Part shown: positions 51,045-61,506 of the stretch, one piece after another
How the letters are laid out: every line of letters begins with the position of its first letter
Position numbering within the stretch: the stretch's first letter is position 1
Origin: Candidatus Spyradenecus sp.
Lineage (GTDB): Bacteria > Verrucomicrobiota > Verrucomicrobiia > Opitutales > UBA953
Assembly (NCBI GenBank): GCA_045535075.1
Contig: JAZSKX010000017.1
Location: 192,001 to 256,000, forward strand
Reading direction: 5' to 3'
Length of the DNA stretch: 64,000 bases
The notes under the pieces: generated by a model
Seen by the model: only the letters and a program-made list of their open reading frames with translations
What the model was told of the DNA's origin: nothing
The model's database searches: none
Translations under genes and position numbers: made by a program

Positions 51045-52013
51045 TTAGTAGCGGCGCGTAATGCGGGATCCGAAACGATTGCGAAGATAATCCGCAAGAT
51101 TGGCAAAATCCGGCGGCGGGAACGCTTTAAATTCGAGCGGTTCGCCCGTAACGGGATGATCAAGACAAAGGCGCGCAGCATGAAGCATAACGCGCGGGAG
51201 CGGCCAGCCTTCATGGCGATGGACGAGCTTCCCGTAGGTGCGGTCGCCCAAAATCGGATGTCCGATAAACGCAAGGTGAACACGAATCTGGTGTGTGCGC
51301 CCGGTGTGGAGAATACAACGGACAAGTGCGGCATTGTCGCCGAATTTTTCTTCTACGAACCAATCCGTGCGTGCGGGTTTGCCGTCTTCGCGTACCGCCA
51401 TTTTCACGCGATTGCTCGGATGCCGGTCAATCGGTTCGCGGATGACGCCGGCAAGCAGATCGGGCGCTTTGTCGACGAGCGCGACGTATTCTTTCTGCAA
51501 TTCCCGCGTTTGAAATTTTTCGATAAGCGAGTAATAGGCTTCGTCGGTTTTCGCAAAAAGCATTACGCCGGAAGTTTCTTTGTCGAGGCGATGAACGACG
51601 CCCGGGCGTAGCTCGCCGCCGGCATTTGCCAAAGAGCCGCCGGTGTGATGAAGTAGCGCGTGGACGAGCGTGTCGTCTCCCGTTCCCGCACCGGGATGCG
51701 TTACGATGCCTGCTTCTTTGTTGATGACAATGATGTGTTCGTCTTCAAAAAGAATATCGAGCGGCATTTCCGTCGGCGTAAGGGACGTTTTCGGAGGCTC
51801 GGGAAAAGAGATTTCAAGCGTGTCGCCCTCGGAAAGCGGCGTTTTGCGTGCGACGACTGTTCCGTTCATGCAAACGTTGCCGGCATCCAGAATTTTTTGA
51901 ATGCGGGAACGGCTCAGTTCCGGAAAGGCTGCGGCGAGCACTTTGTCGGCGCGTTCATGGTGCGTTCCCGCGGGAACGGTAAAAATTTCCGGAGAAGACG
52001 GCTCGTTTTCCAT
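51045..52013 (-). CDS. rluD: RluA-family pseudouridine synthase RluD
   Basis: S4 domain, VHRLDKETSG, TGRTHQIRVH, LHA. Confidence 0.9.
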   Translation of the reverse strand: MENEPSSPEIFTVPAGTHHERADKVLAAAFPELSRSRIQKILDAGNVCMNGTVVARKTPLSEGDTLEISFPEPPKTSLTPTEMPLDILFEDEHIIVINKEAGIVTHPGAGTGDDTLVHALLHHTGGSLANAGGELRPGVVHRLDKETSGVMLFAKTDEAYYSLIEKFQTRELQKEYVALVDKAPDLLAGVIREPIDRHPSNRVKMAVREDGKPARTDWFVEEKFGDNAALVRCILHTGRTHQIRVHLAFIGHPILGDRTYGKLVHRHEGWPLPRVMLHAARLCLDHPVTGEPLEFKAFPPPDFANLADYLRNRFGSRITRRY

Positions 52014-52080
52014 AGCGAAACTGTGTTAGTCCTGATTGCAGAAAATCCCGATTTTTTTTGAAATTCCCGAACGTAAAATC

Positions 52081-53205
52081 CTAATACCATTGCACATAAA
52101 AGCGCTTTCGCAAGGCATCAAGCTTTTCGTCGCGTGCTTTCTTTTCGGCGGCGGCTCGGAGATGATTTTCGATTTGCTCCTGAACTTCGCTGAGCGGTTT
52201 CACGCCCGCTTCGCGGTAGTTATGGCGTTTGAAAATAATAAACATTTTGCGCCCGCTTGCGTCATTGAGCTCAAGAACATCGGTTACCTGACCGTTGCCG
52301 ACGGATTTAAGCTTTTCGACGACAAGTTCGCTTCGGTCTGCAACGGGAGCCCAGCCGACGTAGCCGCCTTCACTACGGAATTCATCGCGACTGTGAATTT
52401 TTGCCGCTCCCGCGAAATCATCGGGCGTTTCCTGAAGGCGTTTTGCGAGGGCGCGCGCGGCTTTCCCGATGGCGCTATCAGTTTCGGACGCTCCCGCGTA
52501 AATGATAATCTGAGAGTACTCGATGCTTTCGGGCGTTTTGTACTGGTCGATGTTTTGGTGGTAAACTCGAAAAACATCCATCGGAGCAATCTCGGCGGGA
52601 ATGCTCTGCGCAATCATCCAGTTCTGATTTTGCTCGATTATGGCGTCGCGAAGTTTTTTCCGCTCTGCGGCGGGATTGCTGCCGATTTTGCGCAAATGGG
52701 CAAGATAGCGCCCGCGGTCTCCATCAAATTCCTGATTGATGCGAGCGTTAATCTGCGTGTCGATGTATTCGTCGGGAACCATTCCGCCGGATTCGGCAAA
52801 ATCGCCGACGAGCAAATACATCTCCGTCATGCGATTGAGGGTGTCCCAAAGCAATTTTTCCGCTTTTTCGTAATATTCTTTTTGGGATTTTGCCTCGCGT
52901 TGGAGAATGAGGTTCCCGCGATGCGTTTCGCGGCGCAAGTCTTCCGTCAAAATAAGCTCGCCGTTGACATTTGCGCGAATCGTATCGCGCATGGATTGTT
53001 TGAACTCAAATGCGTATCGCTCGGCGTCGGACATTTGGCGGAAGCGTTCCCGCGTCATTTTTTCTTCGGGCGGCGCTTGCAGTAAATTGTCATTTTCGGG
53101 CGCTTCGGACGGCGTTTTCCCCTGAGAATCGGCGGGTGTTTCGGCGTATGCCGCTAAAGCAAACATCAGGGACAACGGAAGAAAACTGCGAAGCGTAAAT
53201 TTCAT
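52081..53205 (-). CDS. SurA/PpiC-type peptidyl-prolyl isomerase chaperone
   Basis: Signal peptide, ANVNGELIL, FAGAAKIHS...GGYVGW. Confidence 0.75.
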   Translation of the reverse strand: MKFTLRSFLPLSLMFALAAYAETPADSQGKTPSEAPENDNLLQAPPEEKMTRERFRQMSDAERYAFEFKQSMRDTIRANVNGELILTEDLRRETHRGNLILQREAKSQKEYYEKAEKLLWDTLNRMTEMYLLVGDFAESGGMVPDEYIDTQINARINQEFDGDRGRYLAHLRKIGSNPAAERKKLRDAIIEQNQNWMIAQSIPAEIAPMDVFRVYHQNIDQYKTPESIEYSQIIIYAGASETDSAIGKAARALAKRLQETPDDFAGAAKIHSRDEFRSEGGYVGWAPVADRSELVVEKLKSVGNGQVTDVLELNDASGRKMFIIFKRHNYREAGVKPLSEVQEQIENHLRAAAEKKARDEKLDALRKRFYVQWY

Positions 53206-53353
53206 TTTTCACAAAACTAATCGGAATCCCGCCTCGACGGAATCCCAAAATTCCGCCGAGCCTTACGCGAGAAAGGATTGCCTGCGGAAGCAGAAAGCGA
53301 TTTATTGACACTCAGCAGGTTTTGTCTGCGGAAATCTAACACAACTCCGACAC

Positions 53354-55501
53354 ATGCTTCTATCTGGGACGAACTTTGACGTTCCCGCGTGGCGAGATGC
53401 TGCGGCGGGCTGGCGCGTAATCATCAATCCGGCGTGGGAAAATTCGTCGGCGAAGGAATTGCTGACGGCGAAGGAAGAGCGCCCGGACGCGGTTTTGCTC
53501 CAGCAGGGGCGGGAACGCGTGGTGAAAACACCGTGTGAAATGGCGGGAACGCCGCGCGATGTCGTCGTAAAAACGTATCGAGCGCCGGGGCGCTTGCGGG
53601 AGTTTTTTGAAAAAAAAGACAAGGGGTCGAAGGCGTTTCGCGCGTTTAAAGCGGCGTGGATTTTGGAAAAAAACGGAGTCGGAACGCCGTCTCCGATTGC
53701 CGTTGCCGAGCGGCGCGACGGGAACGGGCACTTGCTCGAAAGCCGCCTGATTACGGAATTCGTCCCCGCGATGTCGAATTTCCGAGACGAGCTTTTTCAT
53801 ATTTATGCGAAAAATCCGGACTGCGAGACGCTGATGTCGCTGATGCAGACCGTCGCCGATGCGTGCCGCGCGATGCACGATTGCGGGATTGTTCACCGGG
53901 ATTTGGGGAATCAAAACATTGCGTTGAAAAAGACGGCGGCGGGAACGTGGCAACCGCTTTTAATCGACTTGGATCGCGTGCGCATTTCCCCGGCGGGAAC
54001 GCTGACGGACGCTCAGCGCGGCGCGGACTTGGCTCGGCTGGCGCTTCCGTCCGATTTTCGGCGCGTGTTTTTTATGATGTATTTCGGCGGGAACGTTCCT
54101 CCGAAGGATTTTTCTAAGAGCGAGGAGAAATCCCGAAAGTCGTTTCGACTGCATTCGCGCCTGCGTCCGGTTCGTCATCCGTTTCGCGAGTTTAAAATCT
54201 GGCGGCAAAGTGCGGAAATCCGTCGGGAGATGGCGCGCTCTCCGCTCGGCGGCGGTCGGGAATTATGGATTTGGGATAAGCGAAGCGCACAACCGATTCC
54301 CGCGTATCGCTCGAAGGACCGGAGAAAATATCATTCGATTTTCAATGTTTATGCGCCGTTAAAGGAATTTTTGCTCCGCGGGTTTTCCTTTAAAAAAAGA
54401 TACGGATCAATCCGATCCGCTTCATTTTGCGATGGCGTGAGTTTTGACAAAACATTCGGATTTGTCCTTGAGGCGTATCCGGAACATTGGGAACGCCACT
54501 TGGCTTGGCTTGACAAGCTTGAGTCCGGGGCAGGCGGAATTAAATTACCGGTTTTATTGCGAGTTTATTGTCACGAAGGTGAAGTTCATTGGAACTATGC
54601 TTCAGAAAAAGCGGCAGAGCTTCATGCGCGCGGGAACGCGGTTGCGATTGCATTTCTTCAGGATCGGGAGGGCATTCGCGAAGTCTCCAAGTGGGAAAAA
54701 ATGGTTCGCCTTGTTTTGAAAAAAACATCCGAATTTGTGGAGTTTTATGAAGTCGGGCACGCGATTAACCGAACAAAATGGGGCGTTTGGGATTTTCGGG
54801 AATATGCCAAGTTGCTGACGGTTTTTGTTGAAGCGAAAAAGCGCAATCCGCAATTGAATTTTGTCGGTCCCGCGTGCATTGATTTTGATTTGCATTCGCT
54901 TCCGGCGTTGCTTTCGTTGCTTCCTGCGGGATTGTTTTCGACGTTGTCCCAGCATCTTTACGTGGATCGTCGCGGCGCGCCGGAGAACTTTCAGGGAAAA
55001 TTTGACACCATAGGCAAATGCGCCATGTTGCGTGCGTTTTCGCAGGAATATGCGCTTCCGAGTGAAAAAATCATCGTCTCGGAGGTTAATTGGCCGTTGT
55101 TGAATACGGGAAATTGGTCTCCCGTAGGTTCGCCGTACACCGTTTCCGGACCGAGTTCTTCGCCGCCGAGTGCAACGGAATCGGACTACGCGAAATTTCT
55201 TTGCCGTTATTGGTTACTTACAATTGCGAGCGGACATGTTTCTCGCGTTTACTGGTGGCAACTGGTGCATCGCGGATTTGGCTTGGTCGATGATTCCGAC
55301 CCGGAAAATCAGCGCCCGCGTGCCGCGTTTTACGCATTGCAAAAATTGCTCACGCAACTCGCGGGAGCGCGTTTCGAGCGCCGCGTAACTGACGTTCCCG
55401 CGGGAACGTGGGCTCTGGAATTTTCCCGCGCGGACGGCTCGCGTTTTTGGACTCGCTGGACGTTGGATTCAAATGTAGAAATTGAAGATATTACACAATG
55501 A
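53354..55501 (+). CDS. Kdo/WaaP-type sugar kinase fused to a glycoside-hydrolase-like TIM barrel
   Basis: VVKTY, HRDLGNQNI and LIDLD kinase motifs; C-terminal YEVGHAINR, HLY, VSEVNW, VYWW. Confidence 0.65.
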   Translation: MLLSGTNFDVPAWRDAAAGWRVIINPAWENSSAKELLTAKEERPDAVLLQQGRERVVKTPCEMAGTPRDVVVKTYRAPGRLREFFEKKDKGSKAFRAFKAAWILEKNGVGTPSPIAVAERRDGNGHLLESRLITEFVPAMSNFRDELFHIYAKNPDCETLMSLMQTVADACRAMHDCGIVHRDLGNQNIALKKTAAGTWQPLLIDLDRVRISPAGTLTDAQRGADLARLALPSDFRRVFFMMYFGGNVPPKDFSKSEEKSRKSFRLHSRLRPVRHPFREFKIWRQSAEIRREMARSPLGGGRELWIWDKRSAQPIPAYRSKDRRKYHSIFNVYAPLKEFLLRGFSFKKRYGSIRSASFCDGVSFDKTFGFVLEAYPEHWERHLAWLDKLESGAGGIKLPVLLRVYCHEGEVHWNYASEKAAELHARGNAVAIAFLQDREGIREVSKWEKMVRLVLKKTSEFVEFYEVGHAINRTKWGVWDFREYAKLLTVFVEAKKRNPQLNFVGPACIDFDLHSLPALLSLLPAGLFSTLSQHLYVDRRGAPENFQGKFDTIGKCAMLRAFSQEYALPSEKIIVSEVNWPLLNTGNWSPVGSPYTVSGPSSSPPSATESDYAKFLCRYWLLTIASGHVSRVYWWQLVHRGFGLVDDSDPENQRPRAAFYALQKLLTQLAGARFERRVTDVPAGTWALEFSRADGSRFWTRWTLDSNVEIEDITQ

Positions 55502-56277
55502 GTCTTTCCGTTATAATTTTAACAAAAAACGAAGCGGCAAATATCGCGGACTGCTTGAAGTCGGTCGCATGGGCAGACGAATGCATTGTTTACGATTCCG
55601 GAAGCAGTGATGCGACCGTTGAAATTGCAAAAGAAAAGGGCGCGAAAGTTTTTGTTGATCCGGATTGGCAGGGATTTGGGATTCAGAGGCAAAAAGCCCA
55701 ATTGCAGGCGACGGGCGATTGGGTGCTTATGATTGATGCAGACGAGCGGGTAAGCGAAAAACTGAAAAAGTCCGTTGAGGAATTTATTGCTGCACATCCG
55801 GAGGAAAATGCGGTCGGAAAAATTCTTCGGCGGAATCGTGCTTTCGGAAAGTGTGTGCGCTTCGGAGGCTGGGGAGGCGATTGTGTCCTCCGGCTTTTTC
55901 CTCGACGAAAAATAAAATTTTCGGACCAAAAAGTTCACGAATCGCTTTCCGTTCCCGCAGGAATGAAGATTGAAAAACTCTCCGGAGTCCTTGACCATGA
56001 GACGTATAGGACGCTCGAACAATACTTTGAAAAAATGGGGAAGTATACGACGCTTTGGGCGGAGCAACGGGCAGAGAAAAAGCGCAAGTGCGGGAGTGAA
56101 TTGATGTGTTTTGTTCGCGGCGGATTTATGTTTTTAAAAAAATACGTCCTTGCCTTGGGATGCTTTGACGGGATTGTCGGGCTAAAGCTTGCTTGGCTTA
56201 GCTCTGTTTATACGACGACAAAATACCTGAAGTTTTTGGAGCGTTGCCGCGGGAACGGCAAAAACGGGCATTCGTAG
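55498..56277 (+). CDS. GT2 glycosyltransferase (WaaE/KdtX-like)
   Basis: SVIILTKNE, DSGSSD, IDADE, VHE. Confidence 0.9.
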   Translation: MSLSVIILTKNEAANIADCLKSVAWADECIVYDSGSSDATVEIAKEKGAKVFVDPDWQGFGIQRQKAQLQATGDWVLMIDADERVSEKLKKSVEEFIAAHPEENAVGKILRRNRAFGKCVRFGGWGGDCVLRLFPRRKIKFSDQKVHESLSVPAGMKIEKLSGVLDHETYRTLEQYFEKMGKYTTLWAEQRAEKKRKCGSELMCFVRGGFMFLKKYVLALGCFDGIVGLKLAWLSSVYTTTKYLKFLERCRGNGKNGHS

Positions 56278-56281
56278 TGCG

Positions 56282-56989
56282 TTAGTCCGGAATTACCTCC
56301 TTGCCGAGGAGTTTTCGGATGCAATTTCTGCAGGAAAGCAGAACGGAAAATATTCTTCCCGCAAGCCCTCTTCTCCCCTCGTAGGGAATGCCGAAAACTC
56401 GCTCAAGTTGAAGGAGATCGCGCGTTTTTGCTAGCCACGGGATAACCTTTTTCCCGCGAAAATCAATCATCTTTAAGCCTTGTTTCGTGCAAATAAAATT
56501 CCCCAATTGGATATCGCCGGAAATAATTCCGAGGTTGTGGCATTGTGTTATTAATGTGCGGAGCTCCGCTTTTATGTTATCGCCAATCGGCGTTGAAATT
56601 CCAGGCCCTTCCAAAAATTCCGTGACGGAAATCGTTTCCCGGAGAACCCCTTTTGAGAAGCGCTCGGCGACAAAGTAGGTTTTCGGGATTCCGGCGAATC
56701 CGTTTTCTTGTGCGTGTTTGCTGAGTCGAAAAATCGCTTTGGCGTCCGAACCGAAAAGAAATGTCTTTAATGTGCGGTCAAAGCGAAAGATAAAAAATTC
56801 CTGTTTAATGACGTAGGGAATTCCGTTAAGCGATGCCTTCATGATCAGGCGTTTCCTCTTGGGCGAGTGCATTCGATCTGCAAGAACTTCTCCTCGACGT
56901 TCCCGAAGAATGCCTTGAATTTCGGTAAATTGTTCGGCTAGAGCGTTGTCGGAAGTGTAGAACTTGAATTGAGTAGAGACGGAACACAT
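56282..56989 (-). CDS. LPS core kinase (WaaY-like)
   Basis: YVIK, SGDIQLGNF, MIDF. Confidence 0.7.
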   Translation of the reverse strand: MCSVSTQFKFYTSDNALAEQFTEIQGILRERRGEVLADRMHSPKRKRLIMKASLNGIPYVIKQEFFIFRFDRTLKTFLFGSDAKAIFRLSKHAQENGFAGIPKTYFVAERFSKGVLRETISVTEFLEGPGISTPIGDNIKAELRTLITQCHNLGIISGDIQLGNFICTKQGLKMIDFRGKKVIPWLAKTRDLLQLERVFGIPYEGRRGLAGRIFSVLLSCRNCIRKLLGKEVIPD

Positions 56990-57081
56990 GGCGCTTATTG
57001 TAGCTGTTTATCGAAAAAATAGAAGATTCCATTTTTTTTAATTGGCTATAATCCCAAGAATTTCTTTAGAATCAAAACGAG

Positions 57082-58116
57082 ATGAGAATTCTACACGTGA
57101 ACTTGGCAAAGGGCTGGGGCGGCGGCGAAATCCAAACGTTGACGCTTTTGCGGCTTCTTGCAAAAAAAGCTCCGGAAATTCAGTCTGTTCTCGTATTGCG
57201 AAAAGGCGGAGAGTTCGCGGCTCGAATGGCTAAAACTCAAGAATTCCCGTTCGTTGAAGTAAGCCATTTTTTCAGCGGACATTTTTCTCCTCTCGTAAAA
57301 AATGCGGATCTCGTGCACGCGCACGACGGGCGAGCTCCGTATTGGTGCTTCGTCCATAATAAAATCTTCAAAATCCCGTATTTGCTGACAAGACGGGTCT
57401 CTTTCCCGATTCGCAACAACTTTATCACTCATGCAGTTTACAAACAGGCCGCATGCGTTGTTGCGTTGACTCGGGATATCGGTCAGTATCTGAAGCCGCT
57501 GAACCCGAATGTCGAAATCAATCCCTCCTCTTGGATTGACGCCCCGGTGGACGCCGATAAAGTTCAGCGTCTGCGGGAAACCGCGAACGGACGTTTTATT
57601 ATCGCCCATCCGGCCGGGTTGCTTCCGATAAAAAACCATGTCGTCGTTTTGGCTGCGGCGCGTATTCTGCGCGACAGAGGTGTTCCCGTCATTTTTTGGC
57701 TACTCGGAAAAGGTCCGCTTGAGCGGGATTTGAAAGCTCGATCCCGTGACTTAAAAAATATTGATTGGCTTGGACATAAAGACGATATCAGCAACTACGT
57801 TTCGGCGGCGGATGTCGTTATCCTACCTTCTCTGATGGAAGGTTTAGGAGGTGCCCTCCTTGAAGCATATCATCGCGGGAAGCCGGTTATCGGAAGCAAT
57901 GTCGGAGGGATGCCTGAAGTGATTTCTTCTAAAACCGGATTTTTGCACGAGCCGGATAACGCTACCGCGCTCGCGGATGCGATTGAAAAAATAGCGCGGG
58001 ATCGCGCTTTGTATGAGCGCTTAAAGCACGGCGCGGAAGAGGCTTCAGCGCGTTATTCTCCGGAAGAAAACGCCCTGCGCTACATTGAAATCTATCGGAA
58101 AATTGCAAATCCTTGA
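57082..58116 (+). CDS. GT4 glycosyltransferase
   Basis: GGGE, EGLGGALLEA, SNVGGMPE. Confidence 0.9.
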   Translation: MRILHVNLAKGWGGGEIQTLTLLRLLAKKAPEIQSVLVLRKGGEFAARMAKTQEFPFVEVSHFFSGHFSPLVKNADLVHAHDGRAPYWCFVHNKIFKIPYLLTRRVSFPIRNNFITHAVYKQAACVVALTRDIGQYLKPLNPNVEINPSSWIDAPVDADKVQRLRETANGRFIIAHPAGLLPIKNHVVVLAAARILRDRGVPVIFWLLGKGPLERDLKARSRDLKNIDWLGHKDDISNYVSAADVVILPSLMEGLGGALLEAYHRGKPVIGSNVGGMPEVISSKTGFLHEPDNATALADAIEKIARDRALYERLKHGAEEASARYSPEENALRYIEIYRKIANP

Positions 58117-58122
58117 TCTTCG

Positions 58123-59091
58123 ATGAAAGTTTTAGTAACAGGCGGGGCGGGTTTTATCGGTTCTAATTTGTGCGAAGCGCTTTTGGAGCGCGGCGACGAG
58201 GTGGTTTGCCTTGATAACTTCGCGACGGGCAAGCTTGAAAACTTGCTCCCGCTCATTGCGGCGTTCCCGCAGACGTTCAAGCTCGTCGTGGGCGATATTC
58301 GTAACTTGGACGACTGCCGCAAGGCAATTGAAGGTTGCGAAGCCGTTTTGCATGAAGCGGCGCTCGGCTCGGTTCCGCGTTCGATTAAAGATCCGGCGAC
58401 GACGAACGAAGTCAACATCAGCGGCTTCATGAATATGCTTATTGCCGCGCGTGATGCGAAAGTGCGCCGCTTTGTTTACGCTGCGAGCAGTTCGACTTAC
58501 GGCGATTCGAAGTCGCTTCCGAAAGTCGAAGATGTCATCGGTCGCCCGCTTTCGCCGTATGCAGTTACTAAATACGTGAACGAACTTTACGCGGACGTTT
58601 TTGCCCGGACTTACGGGATGTCCTGCATCGGCTTGCGTTACTTCAACGTGTTCGGCCGCCGTCAGGACCCGCACGGTGCGTATGCAGCGGTGATTCCGCT
58701 TTTTGTCAAAAAACTCATGGCTCACGAATCGCCGACGATTAACGGCGACGGCGAGTATTCCCGCGATTTTACCTACATCGACAATGTCGTTCAGATGAAT
58801 CTGCTTGCGTTGGAGACGACGAATCCCGAAGCGGAAAATCAGGTTTACAACACGGCATTCGGCGAACGCACGACGCTCAACGAACTTGTCGCAAACCTGA
58901 AGGAATTCTTGAGCGAATTTGATTCCGCGATTGCGGACGTTCCCGTCGTTCACGGTCCGAACCGCGTCGGCGACATTCCGCACTCGCTTGCTTGCATCGA
59001 CAAAGCGAAAACCCTCCTCGGCTACGCGCCGCAATTCTCCATGCGCGACGGGCTGAAAGCCGCCGTGAAGTGGTATTGGGAAAACCTTTAA
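58123..59091 (+). CDS. UDP-GlcNAc 4-epimerase (WbpP/TviC-like SDR)
   Basis: [34 protein letters not shown]. Confidence 0.9.
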   Translation: MKVLVTGGAGFIGSNLCEALLERGDEVVCLDNFATGKLENLLPLIAAFPQTFKLVVGDIRNLDDCRKAIEGCEAVLHEAALGSVPRSIKDPATTNEVNISGFMNMLIAARDAKVRRFVYAASSSTYGDSKSLPKVEDVIGRPLSPYAVTKYVNELYADVFARTYGMSCIGLRYFNVFGRRQDPHGAYAAVIPLFVKKLMAHESPTINGDGEYSRDFTYIDNVVQMNLLALETTNPEAENQVYNTAFGERTTLNELVANLKEFLSEFDSAIADVPVVHGPNRVGDIPHSLACIDKAKTLLGYAPQFSMRDGLKAAVKWYWENL

Positions 59092-59105
59092 CGGGAAAAA
59101 TAAAC

Positions 59106-59129
59106 CACGAACTACACGAATTTCACGAA
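59106..59129 (+). repeat. Three CACGAA units with 9-bp period
   Basis: CACGAA-CTA-CACGAA-TTT-CACGAA directly before ATG 59130. Confidence 0.7.
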
Positions 59130-60392
59130 ATGAACACCAAAATTTGCGTCATCGGGCTTGGCTACGTCGGTTTGCCGCTGGCTCGCCTTTTTTCAACGAA
59201 ATACGAAACGGTCGGTTTCGACATGAACCGTTCCCGCGTCGAAGCGCTCAACGCCGGACACGATGCGACGCTCGAAGTCTCCGACGAGCTGCTCCAAAGC
59301 GCACTCGCCAACGGCTTCAAATGTACGTCGGACATCGAAGACATTCGCGATTGCAATTTCTACGTCGTTGCCGTTCCGACTCCGGTTGACGAAAACAACA
59401 ATCCCGACCTCACGCCGCTTTGGGGCGCAAGCGAAACCGTCGGCAAAGTCATTTCCAAAGGCGATATTGTCGTTTACGAATCGACGGTTTATCCGGGCGT
59501 GACGGAAGACGAATGCATTCCCGTCGTCGAAAAGCTCTCCGGCTTGAAATTCAACGTCGATTTCTTCGCGGGTTATTCGCCGGAACGCATCAATCCGGGC
59601 GACAAGCTTCACACGGTCGACAAAATCAAAAAAGTAACTTCGGGTTCGACTCCGGAAATCGCCGACAAAGTCGATGAAGTTTATTCCTCGGTTATTACGG
59701 CGGGAACGTTCAAAGCGAGTTCAATCAAGGTCGCGGAAGCGGCGAAAGTCATCGAAAACTCTCAGCGCGACATCAATATCGCGTTTGTCAACGAGCTTTC
59801 GAAAATCTTCACAAAACTCGGCATTGACACAAACGACGTGCTCGCGGCCGCGGGAACGAAGTGGAACTTTTTGCCGTTCAAGCCGGGCTTGGTCGGCGGG
59901 CATTGCATCGGCGTTGACCCTTATTACTTGGCCCAATGCGCACAACGCCACGGCTACAATCCGGAAATCATTCTGGCGGGGCGGCGCATGAACGACGGGA
60001 TGGGCGAGTACGTTGCGACGCGCATCGTCAAGCTGATGATTCAAAAGGCGATTCAAGTCGTCGGCTCGAAGATTCTGATTCTTGGCTTTACGTTCAAGGA
60101 AAATTGCCCGGACGTGCGCAACACGCGCGTGATCGACATTGTCCGCACGCTGCAGGAATACAATTTGGACATCACGATTTACGATCCTTGGGCGAATCCC
60201 GCGATCGCCAAACACGAATACGATGTGGAAGTGACGAACACGCTCCCGCAGGAAAAATTCGACGCCGTCGTCTTGGCAGTCGCGCACAAGGAATTTGAAA
60301 CGCTCGACGTTCCCGCGCTCCGCAAATCCGCCTCCGTCCTCTTCGACGTCAAAGGCTTCCTCCCGAAAACCTCCGTCGACGGAAGATTGTAA
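59130..60392 (+). CDS. UDP-N-acetyl-hexosamine dehydrogenase (WbpO/TviB-like)
   Basis: GLGYVG, YESTVYPG, SPERINPG, GGHCIGVDP, FKENC; start placed at ATG 59130. Confidence 0.92.
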   Translation: MNTKICVIGLGYVGLPLARLFSTKYETVGFDMNRSRVEALNAGHDATLEVSDELLQSALANGFKCTSDIEDIRDCNFYVVAVPTPVDENNNPDLTPLWGASETVGKVISKGDIVVYESTVYPGVTEDECIPVVEKLSGLKFNVDFFAGYSPERINPGDKLHTVDKIKKVTSGSTPEIADKVDEVYSSVITAGTFKASSIKVAEAAKVIENSQRDINIAFVNELSKIFTKLGIDTNDVLAAAGTKWNFLPFKPGLVGGHCIGVDPYYLAQCAQRHGYNPEIILAGRRMNDGMGEYVATRIVKLMIQKAIQVVGSKILILGFTFKENCPDVRNTRVIDIVRTLQEYNLDITIYDPWANPAIAKHEYDVEVTNTLPQEKFDAVVLAVAHKEFETLDVPALRKSASVLFDVKGFLPKTSVDGRL

Positions 60393-60426
60393 GGCGAAAG
60401 GCAGGTTTTGGGGACGAAGGAGAAAA

Positions 60427-61491
60427 TTATTTTTTCTCCAGGATTTTCCGGAGCCATTTGCGGTGCGGCCCGGAGAGGGTGACGGTTTCCAGTTGCTTCG
60501 GCGGGACTTTGAAATATTCCGTTCCCGCAGGAAGTGAGCTTTCCGAGAAATTTTCCGGAAGCGTTCCCGCGTAAATGCGTTCCAAAATGCTTTCGGAGGC
60601 GATTCCGCGCCGTCCTTCGAGCAGAAGATTTTCGGCTCGCGGCGGGCATTCGGGAAAGATTGTTTCCCAGCGCGGGAGTTCGAAAAGCTCCCGCAGGCGG
60701 CGCGCCGTTGAGTGAGGTTTGGCAAGCAAAATGGAGTTGTCGCTGAATCTTACGAACGCCCGGTTTATTTGAATTTTTTTAACGGATTTCGACGCAAAAC
60801 GCGGCAGGGACGCTACATCGTGGAGTTTTCGTCCCGCGCAAAAGGCGGCAACCGGACATGTCGCACAGGCCGGAGCGTGTTTGGTGCAGACGGTCGCACC
60901 GAGTTCCATCATCGCTTCGTTGTGGTCGCCGGGATAATCGTGTGAAAGAATTTTTTCCGCAAGCGCCGAAAAGTGTTTCACCCCGACTCCGTTGTCCTTA
61001 AACGCAGTTGTATCTGCCGTGAGGCGGGCGAGAATGCGGACGACATTGCCGTCGACGACGGCTGCGGGAACGCCTTGCGCGATGCTGGCGATGGCAGCCG
61101 CCGTATAGGAGCCGATTCCGCGAAACTGAAGCCAGCCATCCGGCGTTGCGGGAACGCGTCCGCCGCGAGCGACGATTTCGCGCGCCAGCGCGTGCAGATT
61201 ACGCGCGCGAGAATAGTAGCCGAGGCCTTCCCAAGCGCGTAGCACTTCCGCTTCGTCGGCTTCGGCGAGTGCGTCAAAATCTCTCCATCGGGCAACCCAA
61301 TTTTCAAAATAAGGGCGCACGGTATCGACTTGCGTTTGCTGAAGCATAAATTCGGAAACGACGGTTCTGTAAACCGAGCGTTCCCGTCGCCAGGGCATGT
61401 CGCGTTTTTCTTTTAAAAACCACGTTCGCAGAGCGCATTGAAAGTCGCGAATTCGCGTTTCGTTTTCCCAAAAAGCTTTCATGAAAATCAA
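60427..61491 (-). CDS. mutY: A/G-specific adenine glycosylase MutY
   Basis: SEFMLQQTQV, WEGLGYYSRARNL, GIGSYTA, VDGNV, CxxxxxxCxxCxxxxxC. Confidence 0.93.
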   Translation of the reverse strand: MIFMKAFWENETRIRDFQCALRTWFLKEKRDMPWRRERSVYRTVVSEFMLQQTQVDTVRPYFENWVARWRDFDALAEADEAEVLRAWEGLGYYSRARNLHALAREIVARGGRVPATPDGWLQFRGIGSYTAAAIASIAQGVPAAVVDGNVVRILARLTADTTAFKDNGVGVKHFSALAEKILSHDYPGDHNEAMMELGATVCTKHAPACATCPVAAFCAGRKLHDVASLPRFASKSVKKIQINRAFVRFSDNSILLAKPHSTARRLRELFELPRWETIFPECPPRAENLLLEGRRGIASESILERIYAGTLPENFSESSLPAGTEYFKVPPKQLETVTLSGPHRKWLRKILEKK

Positions 61492-61506
61492 GTTTCTGTC
61501 GCAAAT

